Positions 9,577-17,990 of a stretch of 32,000 nucleotides of DNA are shown here, piece by piece. A program made the translations under genes and the position numbers. The notes under the pieces were generated by a model. That model saw nothing but the letters and a program-made list of their open reading frames with translations, did no database searches and was not told the DNA's origin. Each line of letters opens with the position of its first letter. Positions within the stretch are counted from its first letter, which is position 1. Origin of the DNA: Flavobacteriaceae bacterium (GTDB taxonomy: Bacteria; Bacteroidota; Bacteroidia; Flavobacteriales; Flavobacteriaceae); the NCBI GenBank assembly GCA_965224465.1, contig OZ245049.1:240001-272000 (forward strand), written 5' to 3'.

Positions 9577-10623
9577 ATGAATAAAAAAACAGCAATATGC
9601 GTAACGTTATGCTTTGTGTTACTATTAATAAACTGTAAAAGTAATAAAATGGAGAAAGATTATATATGGATGGTATCTGCGGATGCTGCAAAAGGTTTTC
9701 CCGCAACCTTTCATTATGGTTATTTAGGTGATACAGGAATAAGAGGAGGAGGAGTTTTGGGTTATGGTTGGGGTTTAGGAGGGACTTTGACAGGGTCTAT
9801 ATCCGAAAAGAGACCCTTACCTAAGCAATTGGACTTGGTCTGGATGTCTTATGTAGAAAACCAGTTTTATGAAGGACATTTTGAATTGGATCATCAAAAA
9901 ATAGCCGCTATTTTTGAAAAAGGCTATAAAAATAACACAGACAAAGGAGTTGTAATGGATCATGAATTCACTTTTAGAATAAACGTGGCTCCTGGAGGCA
10001 CCGTGGCTATTTGGTTAATGGGACAATATGGTTTTCAACGGGAAGTGGGCTTTTACCAAGCAAAAAAAACATCGGTTGTATGGAGGGAATTTGTACCGAA
10101 TGGATTGCAAGATAGAGTATTGTATGTGTCAAATAGACTAAAAAAACGTGTAACAAAAAAACAACTCGAGCAATACCAAAACGAAGGCATTCCTTATGAG
10201 AAATGGAAAAATTACCGGCAGCAATTTGAATGGAAAGTTTCTATGAAAGGAGAAACACGTTTTATAAACTTAAGGGCAATATTATTTAATGGAGAACAAT
10301 ATACTTTAAAAAGTTTTTTTTAAAATATTAACGAAGAGTATATTACATCTGCACTTCCTAGACGATTAGGAATGCAATGGGAGGAAGACCCTACAAAGGA
10401 GGAGATGTTTACTGCATCATTAAAAATAAAGGAAAATGATTTTAAAAAACTAACAAGACTTTTTAAAGAAAATAATAGCAAAGGACATTTTGTGATAACA
10501 CCTTATATGGCTAAAAACGTAAAAAAAGTAAGGTTGTTTTTAGTTACAGGTACTAAAAAGGAAGAATTAGAATTAGAGGAGAATACGGTGCGTCATTTTC
10601 CTGATTATTATAAAAACAAATAG
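9577..10623 (+). pseudogene. Tli-like lipoprotein copy C, with an in-frame TAA at 10321..10323
   Basis: Same stop-bearing segment as copy A, preceded by a unique SMKGETRFINLRAIL segment. Confidence 0.8.
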
Positions 10624-10632
10624 ATTATGAGC

Positions 10633-10728
10633 GGAATTATTTTTTTTAGCTAGGCGGAAATTATAAAGATAGCTATCGTTCTGTTTATCAACAACACTAG
10701 AACGGAAAAGCAACCTATTTATATCGGG
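10633..10728 (-). repeat. Repeat X copy 3, directly abutting the truncated Tle1-like 5' tag of array block 1
   Basis: attatgagcggaattattttt|tttagctaggcgg. The 12-nt ggaattattttt is shared between the tle1-like 5' end and repeat X. Confidence 0.6.
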
Positions 10729-11127
10729 GAGAGTAAAAACTAAGTGATTGTAAGTTAACTTAATACTTGATTTAAGAGAATGTGAGGTATTTTATAAAAA
10801 AAATAATACTACAACAATCTAGTAAATACTCATGCTGGCGCTCTTTTTGTTTTATATCGCTGTATTTTTTAATTAATTTATTTGGTAAAAAGAAATTAAA
10901 CTACTAATTTGGTGATAGATATGGCGATTTAGAATCTTATTCTTCTTTCCAAAATAAACTGTTATATAATATCTATGCTCCGTATTTTCTTTACGAAAGC
11001 TTTAAAAATTTCAGTTTTTTTGTTCGAGAATTTGTTCTAAACGCACCATATAAAATCAAAATACTTTTATACTAGTAAAAAGGTGGATTGATTTTAAAAA
11101 AGAATTGCTAATTTAAATAAAAAATTA

Positions 11128-11526
11128 ATGGGATCATTTAGAGCTCACCTAGAATTAGGTGGTAAGGAATTTGATGTGCTTTTTTCAGAGTACACATTCA
11201 GTCGTTCAACAGACAAAAAAGGAAAAGTATCTTCCAATGTAATCGGAGGAAGAGTTACAGTAGAAATTGAATCAACAGAGGATACTTCAGTAATTGAAGC
11301 CATGTTAAACAGTCAATTTAAATCTATAGAAGGGAAATTAGTCTACAAAAAAACAGACGAAGATTCTAAAATGAAAGAAGTAGAATTTAAAAATGCCTAC
11401 TTAGTACATTTTACCGAAACTTTAGACGTAAACGGAGACATTCCAATGAAAATTAGATTTACAGTTTCAGCTGAAGAAATTATCATCGGAAATGCAGCCA
11501 TCGATAATCGTTGGCCAAAAGCATAG
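11128..11526 (+). CDS. hcp: Hcp / TssD tube protein (Bacteroidota T6SS-iii type)
   Basis: 132 aa. MGSFRAHLELGGKEFDVLFSEYTFSRSTDKKGKVSSNVIGGRVTVEIESTEDTS.. matches the remembered pattern of Bacteroidetes TssD proteins (..L.VGGKEYDVL...Y...R..D..G.PSS.V.GG.I.VE.ESTEDT..). Confidence 0.85.
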   Translation: MGSFRAHLELGGKEFDVLFSEYTFSRSTDKKGKVSSNVIGGRVTVEIESTEDTSVIEAMLNSQFKSIEGKLVYKKTDEDSKMKEVEFKNAYLVHFTETLDVNGDIPMKIRFTVSAEEIIIGNAAIDNRWPKA

Positions 11527-11548
11527 TAGTACCCTAAAAAACAGTCAA

Positions 11549-11582
11549 AAAAGGAGTGAGCAGTTGCTTTACTCCTTTTTTT
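11549..11582 (+). terminator. Rho-independent terminator after hcp
   Basis: aaggagtgagcagttgctttactcctt hairpin followed by a T-run. The same element occurs at about 1667..1698. Confidence 0.65.
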
Positions 11583-11711
11583 GTATTGGGAATTATTTGC
11601 TTTTTGAATAAAAACGCACACTTTTCCACAGTATTAAATAACAAAATACAAGAGGGATCCCCATAGTTTTTCTAGCTTTAGTAATAAAAATAATTGCAAA
11701 AAAAAAGAGAT

Positions 11712-13529
11712 ATGAGTGCACCAAAAACCAGCCTAAGTATAGACGGGAAAACCATTACAAGTTTTACTAAAATACACTTAGTTCAAAAAATAAATGACCA
11801 TCATTTTTTTGAAATTATTTTAGACAATGATGTGGTAGAAGAAACCGGAGGACATACCATAGATAAATCGAAGGATTGGCTAGGAAAATCATTAATTATA
11901 ACTTTTGGCACCGTCGATTTCTTAGGTTATATAAGCTCCATAAACCTTGAAAATAAGGATGGACATAATGGTAATTTAATCATAAAAGGATATTCGCCCA
12001 CCATACTTTTACAAGGAGGAAAACAATTGTGTTCTTGGCGGGAAAACACCTTAGAAGGTATTGTAAGACAAACCATGGGAGACTTACGAGTTCCGTTGCT
12101 CATAAAACCTACATTTAACGAAGTCATAGAATACCAAGTACAATACAACGAAAATAATTATGATTTTTTACAGCGATTGGCAAAACAATACAACGAATGG
12201 TTTTATTATAACGGCGTACAATTAATATTTGGGAAACCACCCCAAGAAGAAGCTGTAGCAATCGAATACGGCAGAGACCTGTCCGAAATACAATTAGAAA
12301 TAAAAATAAAGGATCACGGACAAACAAAATTTTCTTACAATGCTACCAATAACAGATTAATAAGCACTTCGTCCAAGGATCAAGTAGCAGGATTAAACGA
12401 ACTGGGCTCACATGCCTTTTATACCTCTTTGGAAACCTACAAAAATCCAAAAAATGGTTTCACCAATATTGAGACTGAAATGAAATCTCAAATAGACGAT
12501 TTAGTCGCACGTAAACAAGCCACATTAAGTGCAGGATTGCATGTAATGAAAGGAAAAAGTACCAAGCAGGGCTTAACCGTAGGAACTGTGATTAAGGTGA
12601 GATCTGCCAAGGTAGACGAGGAAACTAGCTTTGACATTAAAAATTATGGGGAGTATATGATTACCAATATAAGCCACCATGCTACCGAACGTTCGGAATA
12701 TTACAACACCTTTGAGGCAATTCCGTCTGGAATTGCAGTACTCGAAGAACCCAAGGTATCCTTTCCCAAGGCATCAAACCAACTAGCCACGGTTATGTCT
12801 AATGCCGACCCCAGAGAAATGGGACGCGTACAAGTACGTTTTAATTGGCAAATACACACCATGAAAACTTCCTGGATACGTGTAATGACACCCGATGCTG
12901 GAAGCAGTAAAAACCATGCAAAAAATAGAGGACATGTTTTTATCCCCGAAGTAAACGACCAGGTAATGGTAGGTTTTGAATACAACGATCCCAACAGACC
13001 CTTTGTGATGGGGAGTATGTTTCACAACGAAAATGGCGCAGGAGGAAAACAAGACAATAATATAAAATCCATCATTACTAAAAGTGGGCATCGTATTGAG
13101 TTTAATGATACGCCAAGCAGTGAAAGTATTACCATTACGGATAAAAAAGGCAATCATATAATTATAGATACCAAAAATGAAACAATTAGTATCAATGCAC
13201 TCAAGGATATTAATATTACTGCGGGAGAAAATATAAATATCAGCGCAGGTAAAAATATAGTGGTAAATGCGGGAGAGAATATTGATGAGACGGCTGGACG
13301 GAATATATCTTCTAGAGCAGGGAAGGATATTTTACAAAATGCGAGTGGAGATATAAAGGAGAAGGCAGATAATATTAAGCAAATAGCCGACAATAAGTTT
13401 AATATACAATCTAAAGAATCTAAGGAGTATTCAGACGTGATAAATGTGCAAAGTTTAAAAAACGAAATAAATATGCTGAGTGCAAAAAAAGTAATTATTA
13501 ATTCTAAAGAAAAATCTAATTTATTTTAA
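11712..13529 (+). CDS. vgrG: VgrG / TssI spike protein
   Basis: Gp5/VgrG OB-fold block GRVQVRFNWQ..SWIRVMTPDAGS..GHVFIPEVNDQVMVGFEYNDPNRPFVMGSMFH, then a repetitive beta-helix-like tail (INITAGENINISAGKNIVVNAGENIDETAGRNI). The ATG at 11712 is preferred over the TTG at 11694. Confidence 0.9.
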   Translation: MSAPKTSLSIDGKTITSFTKIHLVQKINDHHFFEIILDNDVVEETGGHTIDKSKDWLGKSLIITFGTVDFLGYISSINLENKDGHNGNLIIKGYSPTILLQGGKQLCSWRENTLEGIVRQTMGDLRVPLLIKPTFNEVIEYQVQYNENNYDFLQRLAKQYNEWFYYNGVQLIFGKPPQEEAVAIEYGRDLSEIQLEIKIKDHGQTKFSYNATNNRLISTSSKDQVAGLNELGSHAFYTSLETYKNPKNGFTNIETEMKSQIDDLVARKQATLSAGLHVMKGKSTKQGLTVGTVIKVRSAKVDEETSFDIKNYGEYMITNISHHATERSEYYNTFEAIPSGIAVLEEPKVSFPKASNQLATVMSNADPREMGRVQVRFNWQIHTMKTSWIRVMTPDAGSSKNHAKNRGHVFIPEVNDQVMVGFEYNDPNRPFVMGSMFHNENGAGGKQDNNIKSIITKSGHRIEFNDTPSSESITITDKKGNHIIIDTKNETISINALKDINITAGENINISAGKNIVVNAGENIDETAGRNISSRAGKDILQNASGDIKEKADNIKQIADNKFNIQSKESKEYSDVINVQSLKNEINMLSAKKVIINSKEKSNLF

Positions 13530-13530
13530 A

Positions 13531-13701
13531 ATGGCCATTATAAAGAGAGCAAAAAATATTGAAAAAATAGCGTATAACAAATATGTTATTATGTCTAAGG
13601 AATTAAATAAAATAGCAGATACTATTACCATTGAGTCTGCAAAGGAGAGTATGACAATAGCTGGAGCCACAATGGTAAATATTAAAGCTAATAATAAGTA
13701 A
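13531..13701 (+). CDS. Small 56-aa ORF immediately after vgrG (not in the supplied ORF track)
   Basis: The ATG lies 1 nt after the vgrG stop. MAIIKRAKNIEKIAYNKYVIMSKELNKIADTITIESAKESMTIAGATMVNIKANNK has an alternating pattern reminiscent of the VgrG tail. Coding status is uncertain. Confidence 0.3.
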   Translation: MAIIKRAKNIEKIAYNKYVIMSKELNKIADTITIESAKESMTIAGATMVNIKANNK

Positions 13702-13722
13702 TGTTTTCTTAATTCATTAAAT

Positions 13723-14148
13723 ATGAGTGATACTTTTATTGTTGTAAGTACGTGTTTTTTAGGGTTTATTGTATATGTATTTGTTTTTAAGGCGGCATTA
13801 AAATTTAAAATGAATACGAACCTGTATCTTTTGTTGTTAGCCTATTTTATAAGTCCTATATCATTTGAAATTACGTTTCAAATTTTTATTTACATACTTT
13901 TCCAAACATATGCTAAGAAACCACAACTGGATGTAATTATTTATTGGTGGATTCTAATTAAAATTCTGTTAATGATGGTCTATTTTTTAATGGATCTTTC
14001 TTCTGGGGAATCAAGTGGTTTTGGTAGTGATGCTGCTGGTTTTTCAATGGTGTCAGGAAAGGATTTTATCTTTCAAATTGTTTATCAGATGGTGGTTTTG
14101 TTGCTAACGATTATTGTCTTTTTTATACATGAAAATAAGATGATTATA
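13723..14148 (+). CDS. Multi-pass membrane segment (142 codons) with no stop, reading in frame into Tli-like copy D
   Basis: About four hydrophobic helices (FIVVSTCFLGFIVYVFVF, LYLLLLAYFISPISF.., IIYWWILIKILLMMVYFL, VYQMVVLLLTIIVFFI). There is no stop codon before the ATG at 14149. Confidence 0.4.
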
Positions 14149-15195
14149 ATGAATAAAAAAACAGCAATATGCGTAACGTTATGCTTTGTGTTACTATTAA
14201 TAAACTGTAAAAGTGATAAAATGGAGAAAGAATATATATGGATGGTATCTGCGGATGCTGCAAAAGGTTTTCCCGCAACCTTTCATTATGGTTATTTAGG
14301 TGATACAGGAATAAGAGGAGGAGGTATTTTGGGTTATGGTTGGGGTTTAGGAGGGACTTTGACAGGGTCTATATCCGAAAAGAGACCCTTACCTAAGCAA
14401 TTAGACTTGGTCTGGATGTCCTATGTAGAAAACCAGTTTTATGAAGGGCATTTTGAATTGGATCATAAAAAAATAGCCACTATTTTTGAAAAAGGCTATA
14501 AAAATAACACAGACAAAGGAGTTGTAATGGATCATGAATTCACTTTTAGAATAAACGTGGCTCCTGGAGGCACCGTGGCTATTTGGTTAATGGGACAATA
14601 TGGTTTTCAACGGGAAGTGGGCTTTTACCAAGCAAAAAAAACTTCGGTTGTATGGAGGGAATTTGTACCGACTGGATTACAAGATAGAGCATTGTATGTA
14701 AAAGAAACGTTGGAAGAAGAACTAACAAAAAAACAGCTTGAGAAATACCAATCAGAAGGTATTCCTTATGAGAAATGGAAAAATTACCGGCAGCAATTTG
14801 AATGGAAAGTTTCTATTGAAGGAAGCTCAAGAGTGATATTCTTAAATTCGGAAACATTTAATGGAGAGCAATATACCTTGAAAGATGTTTTTTTAGATAT
14901 TGATAATAATGTAATAAAAGCAGCTTTACCCAAAGAGTTAGGAATGCAATGGGAGGAAGATCCGGCAAAGGAGGAGATGTTTACTGCATCATTAAAAATA
15001 AAGGAAAATGATTTTAAAAAACTAACAAGACTTTTTAAAGAAAATAATTCCAAAGGACATTTTGTGATAACACCTTATATGGCTAAAAACGTAAAAAAAG
15101 TAAGGTTGTTTTTAGTTACAGGTACTAAAAAGGAAGAATTGGAATTAGAGGAGAATACGGTGCGTCATTTTCCTGATTATTATAAAAACAAATAG
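14149..15195 (+). CDS. Tli-like lipoprotein copy D (intact frame)
   Basis: 348 codons with its own signal peptide and lipobox MNKKTAICVTLCFVLLLINC. It is a mosaic of the copy A middle segment and the copy B 3' segment. Confidence 0.75.
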   Translation: MNKKTAICVTLCFVLLLINCKSDKMEKEYIWMVSADAAKGFPATFHYGYLGDTGIRGGGILGYGWGLGGTLTGSISEKRPLPKQLDLVWMSYVENQFYEGHFELDHKKIATIFEKGYKNNTDKGVVMDHEFTFRINVAPGGTVAIWLMGQYGFQREVGFYQAKKTSVVWREFVPTGLQDRALYVKETLEEELTKKQLEKYQSEGIPYEKWKNYRQQFEWKVSIEGSSRVIFLNSETFNGEQYTLKDVFLDIDNNVIKAALPKELGMQWEEDPAKEEMFTASLKIKENDFKKLTRLFKENNSKGHFVITPYMAKNVKKVRLFLVTGTKKEELELEENTVRHFPDYYKNK

Positions 15196-15247
15196 ATTAT
15201 GAGCGGAATTTTTTTTGGAGACTACGAGCCATTAGTACAATAAAGGT

Positions 15248-16300
15248 ATGAATAAAAAAACAGCAATATGCGTAACGTTATGCTTTGTGTTACTATTAAT
15301 AAACTGTAAAAGTAATAAAATGGAGAAAGATTATATATGGATGGTATCTGCGGATGCTGCAAAAGGTTTTCCCGCAACCTTTCATTATGGTTATTTAGGT
15401 GATACAGGAATAAGAGGAGGAGGAGTTTTGGGTTATGGTTGGGGTTTAGGAGGGACTTTGACAGGGTCTATATCCGAAAAGAGACCCTTACCTAAGCAAT
15501 TGGACTTGGTCTGGATGTCTTATGTAGAAAACCAGTTTTATGAAGGACATTTTGAATTGGATCATCAAAAAATAGCCGCTATTTTTGAAAAAGGCTATAA
15601 AAATAACACAGACAAAGGAGTTGTAATGGATCATGAATTCACTTTTAGAATAAACGTGGCTCCTGGAGGCACCGTGGCTATTTGGTTAATGGGACAATAT
15701 GGTTTTCAACGGGAAGTGGGCTTTTACCAAGCAAAAAAAACATCGGTTGTATGGAGTGAATTTGTTCCGAATGGATTGCAAGATAGAGCATTGTATGTGT
15801 CAAATAGACTAAAAAAACGTGTAACAAAAAAACAACTCGAGCAATACCAAAACGAAGGCATTCCTTATGAGAAATGGAAAAATTACCGGCAGCAATTTGA
15901 ATGGAAAGTTTCTATTGAAAGAAGCTCAAGAGTGATATTCTTAAATTCGGAAACATTTAATGGAGAGCAATATACCTTGAAAGATGTTTTTTTAGATATT
16001 GATAATAATGTAATAAAAGCAGCTTTACCTAAAGAGTTAGGAATGCAATGGGAGGAAGATCCTGCAAAGGAGGAGATGTTTACTGCATCATTAAAAATAA
16101 AGAAAAATGATTTTAAAAAACTAACAAGACTTTTTAAAGAAAATAATAGCAAAGGACATTTTGTGATAACACCTTATATGGCTAAAAACGTAAAAAAAGT
16201 AAGGTTGTTTTTAGTTACAGGTACTAAAAAGGAAGAATTAGAATTAGAGGAGAATACGGTGCGTCATTTTCCTGATTATTATAAAAAAAATAAATTATGA
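15248..16300 (+). CDS. Tli-like lipoprotein copy E (intact), putative cognate immunity protein of the Tle1-like effector
   Basis: 350 aa with a lipobox. Its stop overlaps the effector start (ATGA at 16297..16300). Confidence 0.8.
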   Translation: MNKKTAICVTLCFVLLLINCKSNKMEKDYIWMVSADAAKGFPATFHYGYLGDTGIRGGGVLGYGWGLGGTLTGSISEKRPLPKQLDLVWMSYVENQFYEGHFELDHQKIAAIFEKGYKNNTDKGVVMDHEFTFRINVAPGGTVAIWLMGQYGFQREVGFYQAKKTSVVWSEFVPNGLQDRALYVSNRLKKRVTKKQLEQYQNEGIPYEKWKNYRQQFEWKVSIERSSRVIFLNSETFNGEQYTLKDVFLDIDNNVIKAALPKELGMQWEEDPAKEEMFTASLKIKKNDFKKLTRLFKENNSKGHFVITPYMAKNVKKVRLFLVTGTKKEELELEENTVRHFPDYYKKNKL

Positions 16301-17988
16301 GCGGAATTATTTTTGGAGACTACGAACCGAGTAAAACACCTATGGAAAGAGGGGCGGATGCTATTATAGGGGTGTTTTTTGATGGTACAGGAAATAACCG
16401 TAAAAATGTACGTGCCTTTAAAGCTTTTAAAGGTGAAGATATTAAAATTGATGCAGGTGAAAACAAGCAAAAATATCTAGATGCTTACCACAAACATGCC
16501 GATAAAAATGATGGTCACAATAGTTATGAGGCAGACGAATCAAATGTATCACGCCTACAACCATTATATGTTGTGGATAAAACAAAAATATTCAGTTTAT
16601 ATGTAGAAGGTATCGGTACGGAGAGTTTTAAAGGTGACTCTGGTGTTGGGAGTGCTTTGGGTACAGGTGATACAGGTATTATAAAACGGGTAAAAAATGC
16701 ATGTGAAACAATAGCTAAAAAAACATTAAACGGAATAAAATCGAAATCTAAAGACACCAAAGGAAACATGCTTATAGAAAAAGTAATCTTTGATGTGTAT
16801 GGGTTTAGTAGGGGAGCAGCCGCCGCGAGACATTTTGTAGCTCAGGTTAAAAGCAAAGGGAGCTATAACAAATATAAGGATAGGAACGGAGAAACACATA
16901 TTGTGGATATTCCAGACTTTGGGTACTTAGGATATGCCTTAAAAAAGGCTAAAATAACCATAAATACTATTGAAATACGCTTTGCTGGATTGTATGATAC
17001 GGTGTCCTCTTATGGTATAATACATAAAAACGACCATCAGCAGTTAGCCTTAAATCAGTTACACCATGTTAAAAAAACGATCCATTTAATAGCACAAGAC
17101 GAAATACGGTATAATTTTGATTTGACAGATATTACGAGTGCGGGATATAAAGGACTTACCATTAGTTTTCCAGGTGTACATTCTGATATTGGAGGTGGCT
17201 ATTTACAAAATATAAAAGAAGAAAAAGTGTTGTTATGGGATCTAAATGATGATGGCGAAGAAGCTTTAAAAAAACACAACTATTTTATAGCAGAAGGATG
17301 GTACAAAGCACATGAAATAGATTTAATAGATGGTAAAATAAGAGATGAAATTATAGGGAGAAGAATAAACATAACCAATAAGTACAGTGTATTGCCATTG
17401 CAGTTAATGGGGAAATTATCGGATGAGTACAAGGCTAAAATTGATATAGATGCTTTAGAAGATGATTTTAAAACAGAAGGGGCTTTATTAAAAGAAGTGG
17501 AAAAACGTTTAAAGGCACAGTTTTCAGCAAAATATACTAAAAAAACAACACGTATTGATTTGTTAAAATTTGATTCCGTTGAAAATGAAAAGGAGCTATT
17601 AGCAGAAAAACAAAGAGAATTAAAGGAAATAGCCAGTAAGTGGAAAATACAGCTTAAGACTTTAAATAATAAGCCTATAAAACCCTTATACAATGCTTGG
17701 AACTACGCTCCTAGAATTGACAAAATAAGAGTTGTGCAAAATAAACGAATGATAGCAAAAGATACTGTTCCTCTTGATACGATTAATTATTCTGCATTAA
17801 GTGATAACCAATTACTACGAGCTCTGCGTAATAAGTTTTTACACGTCTCTTTTGATTATACCAATGCAACACCAACTAGCTGGTGGCAATATATAGGTGT
17901 GTTACATGAAATTATACGTTATCAAGAGCCTATGAAACCAAGAGAAAATGGACAGCGAGTGGTCTATGAAGATTTAAAAAAATATTAG
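16297..17988 (+). CDS. Tle1-family (DUF2235 alpha/beta-hydrolase) T6SS phospholipase-type effector
   Basis: GVFFDGTGNN N-terminal motif, GxSxG as YGFSRGAAAARHF, AGLYDTVSSYG, and HSDIGGGY. All are hallmarks of DUF2235/Tle1. The position next to hcp-vgrG and lipoprotein genes fits. Confidence 0.8.
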   Translation: MSGIIFGDYEPSKTPMERGADAIIGVFFDGTGNNRKNVRAFKAFKGEDIKIDAGENKQKYLDAYHKHADKNDGHNSYEADESNVSRLQPLYVVDKTKIFSLYVEGIGTESFKGDSGVGSALGTGDTGIIKRVKNACETIAKKTLNGIKSKSKDTKGNMLIEKVIFDVYGFSRGAAAARHFVAQVKSKGSYNKYKDRNGETHIVDIPDFGYLGYALKKAKITINTIEIRFAGLYDTVSSYGIIHKNDHQQLALNQLHHVKKTIHLIAQDEIRYNFDLTDITSAGYKGLTISFPGVHSDIGGGYLQNIKEEKVLLWDLNDDGEEALKKHNYFIAEGWYKAHEIDLIDGKIRDEIIGRRINITNKYSVLPLQLMGKLSDEYKAKIDIDALEDDFKTEGALLKEVEKRLKAQFSAKYTKKTTRIDLLKFDSVENEKELLAEKQRELKEIASKWKIQLKTLNNKPIKPLYNAWNYAPRIDKIRVVQNKRMIAKDTVPLDTINYSALSDNQLLRALRNKFLHVSFDYTNATPTSWWQYIGVLHEIIRYQEPMKPRENGQRVVYEDLKKY

Positions 17989-17990
17989 AA

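Larger units (their letters stand above)
7367..10632 (+). repeat. Tandem amplification block 1: about three units of a 1099-bp repeat (Tli-like gene plus the first ~33 nt of the Tle1-like gene)
   Basis: ATG positions 7379, 8478 and 9577 are exactly 1099 bp apart. Every junction carries attatgagcggaatt(a/t)tttttggagactacgagcc|attagtacaataaaggtatg. Confidence 0.95.
14147..16329 (+). repeat. Tandem amplification block 2: two units of the same 1099-bp repeat, ending in the intact Tle1-like gene
   Basis: ATGs at 14149 and 15248 are 1099 bp apart. The D-E junction sequence is identical to the B-C junction, including the T8 run. Confidence 0.9.

Noticed and set aside
11050-11127. Bacteroidota-type promoter (TTTG / TAnnTTTG) upstream of hcp, for example tacttttat
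   Set aside because: Only partial matches are present. The nearest TTTG is too far upstream for the expected spacing of about 19-21 nt. This cannot be supported without transcription-start mapping.
11397-13393. Minus-strand ORFs inside hcp and vgrG (11397..11621, 11927..12148, 12124..12327, 12701..12994, 12783..13157, 13154..13393)
   Set aside because: They are antisense to strongly supported hcp and vgrG coding sequence and have no motifs.
9113-16152. Minus-strand 89-aa ORFs (9113..9382, 14784..15053, 15883..16152) repeated in the array
   Set aside because: They are antisense shadows of the Tli-like coding sequence, repeated only because the host gene is repeated. Their composition is low-complexity Ser/Phe/Leu.
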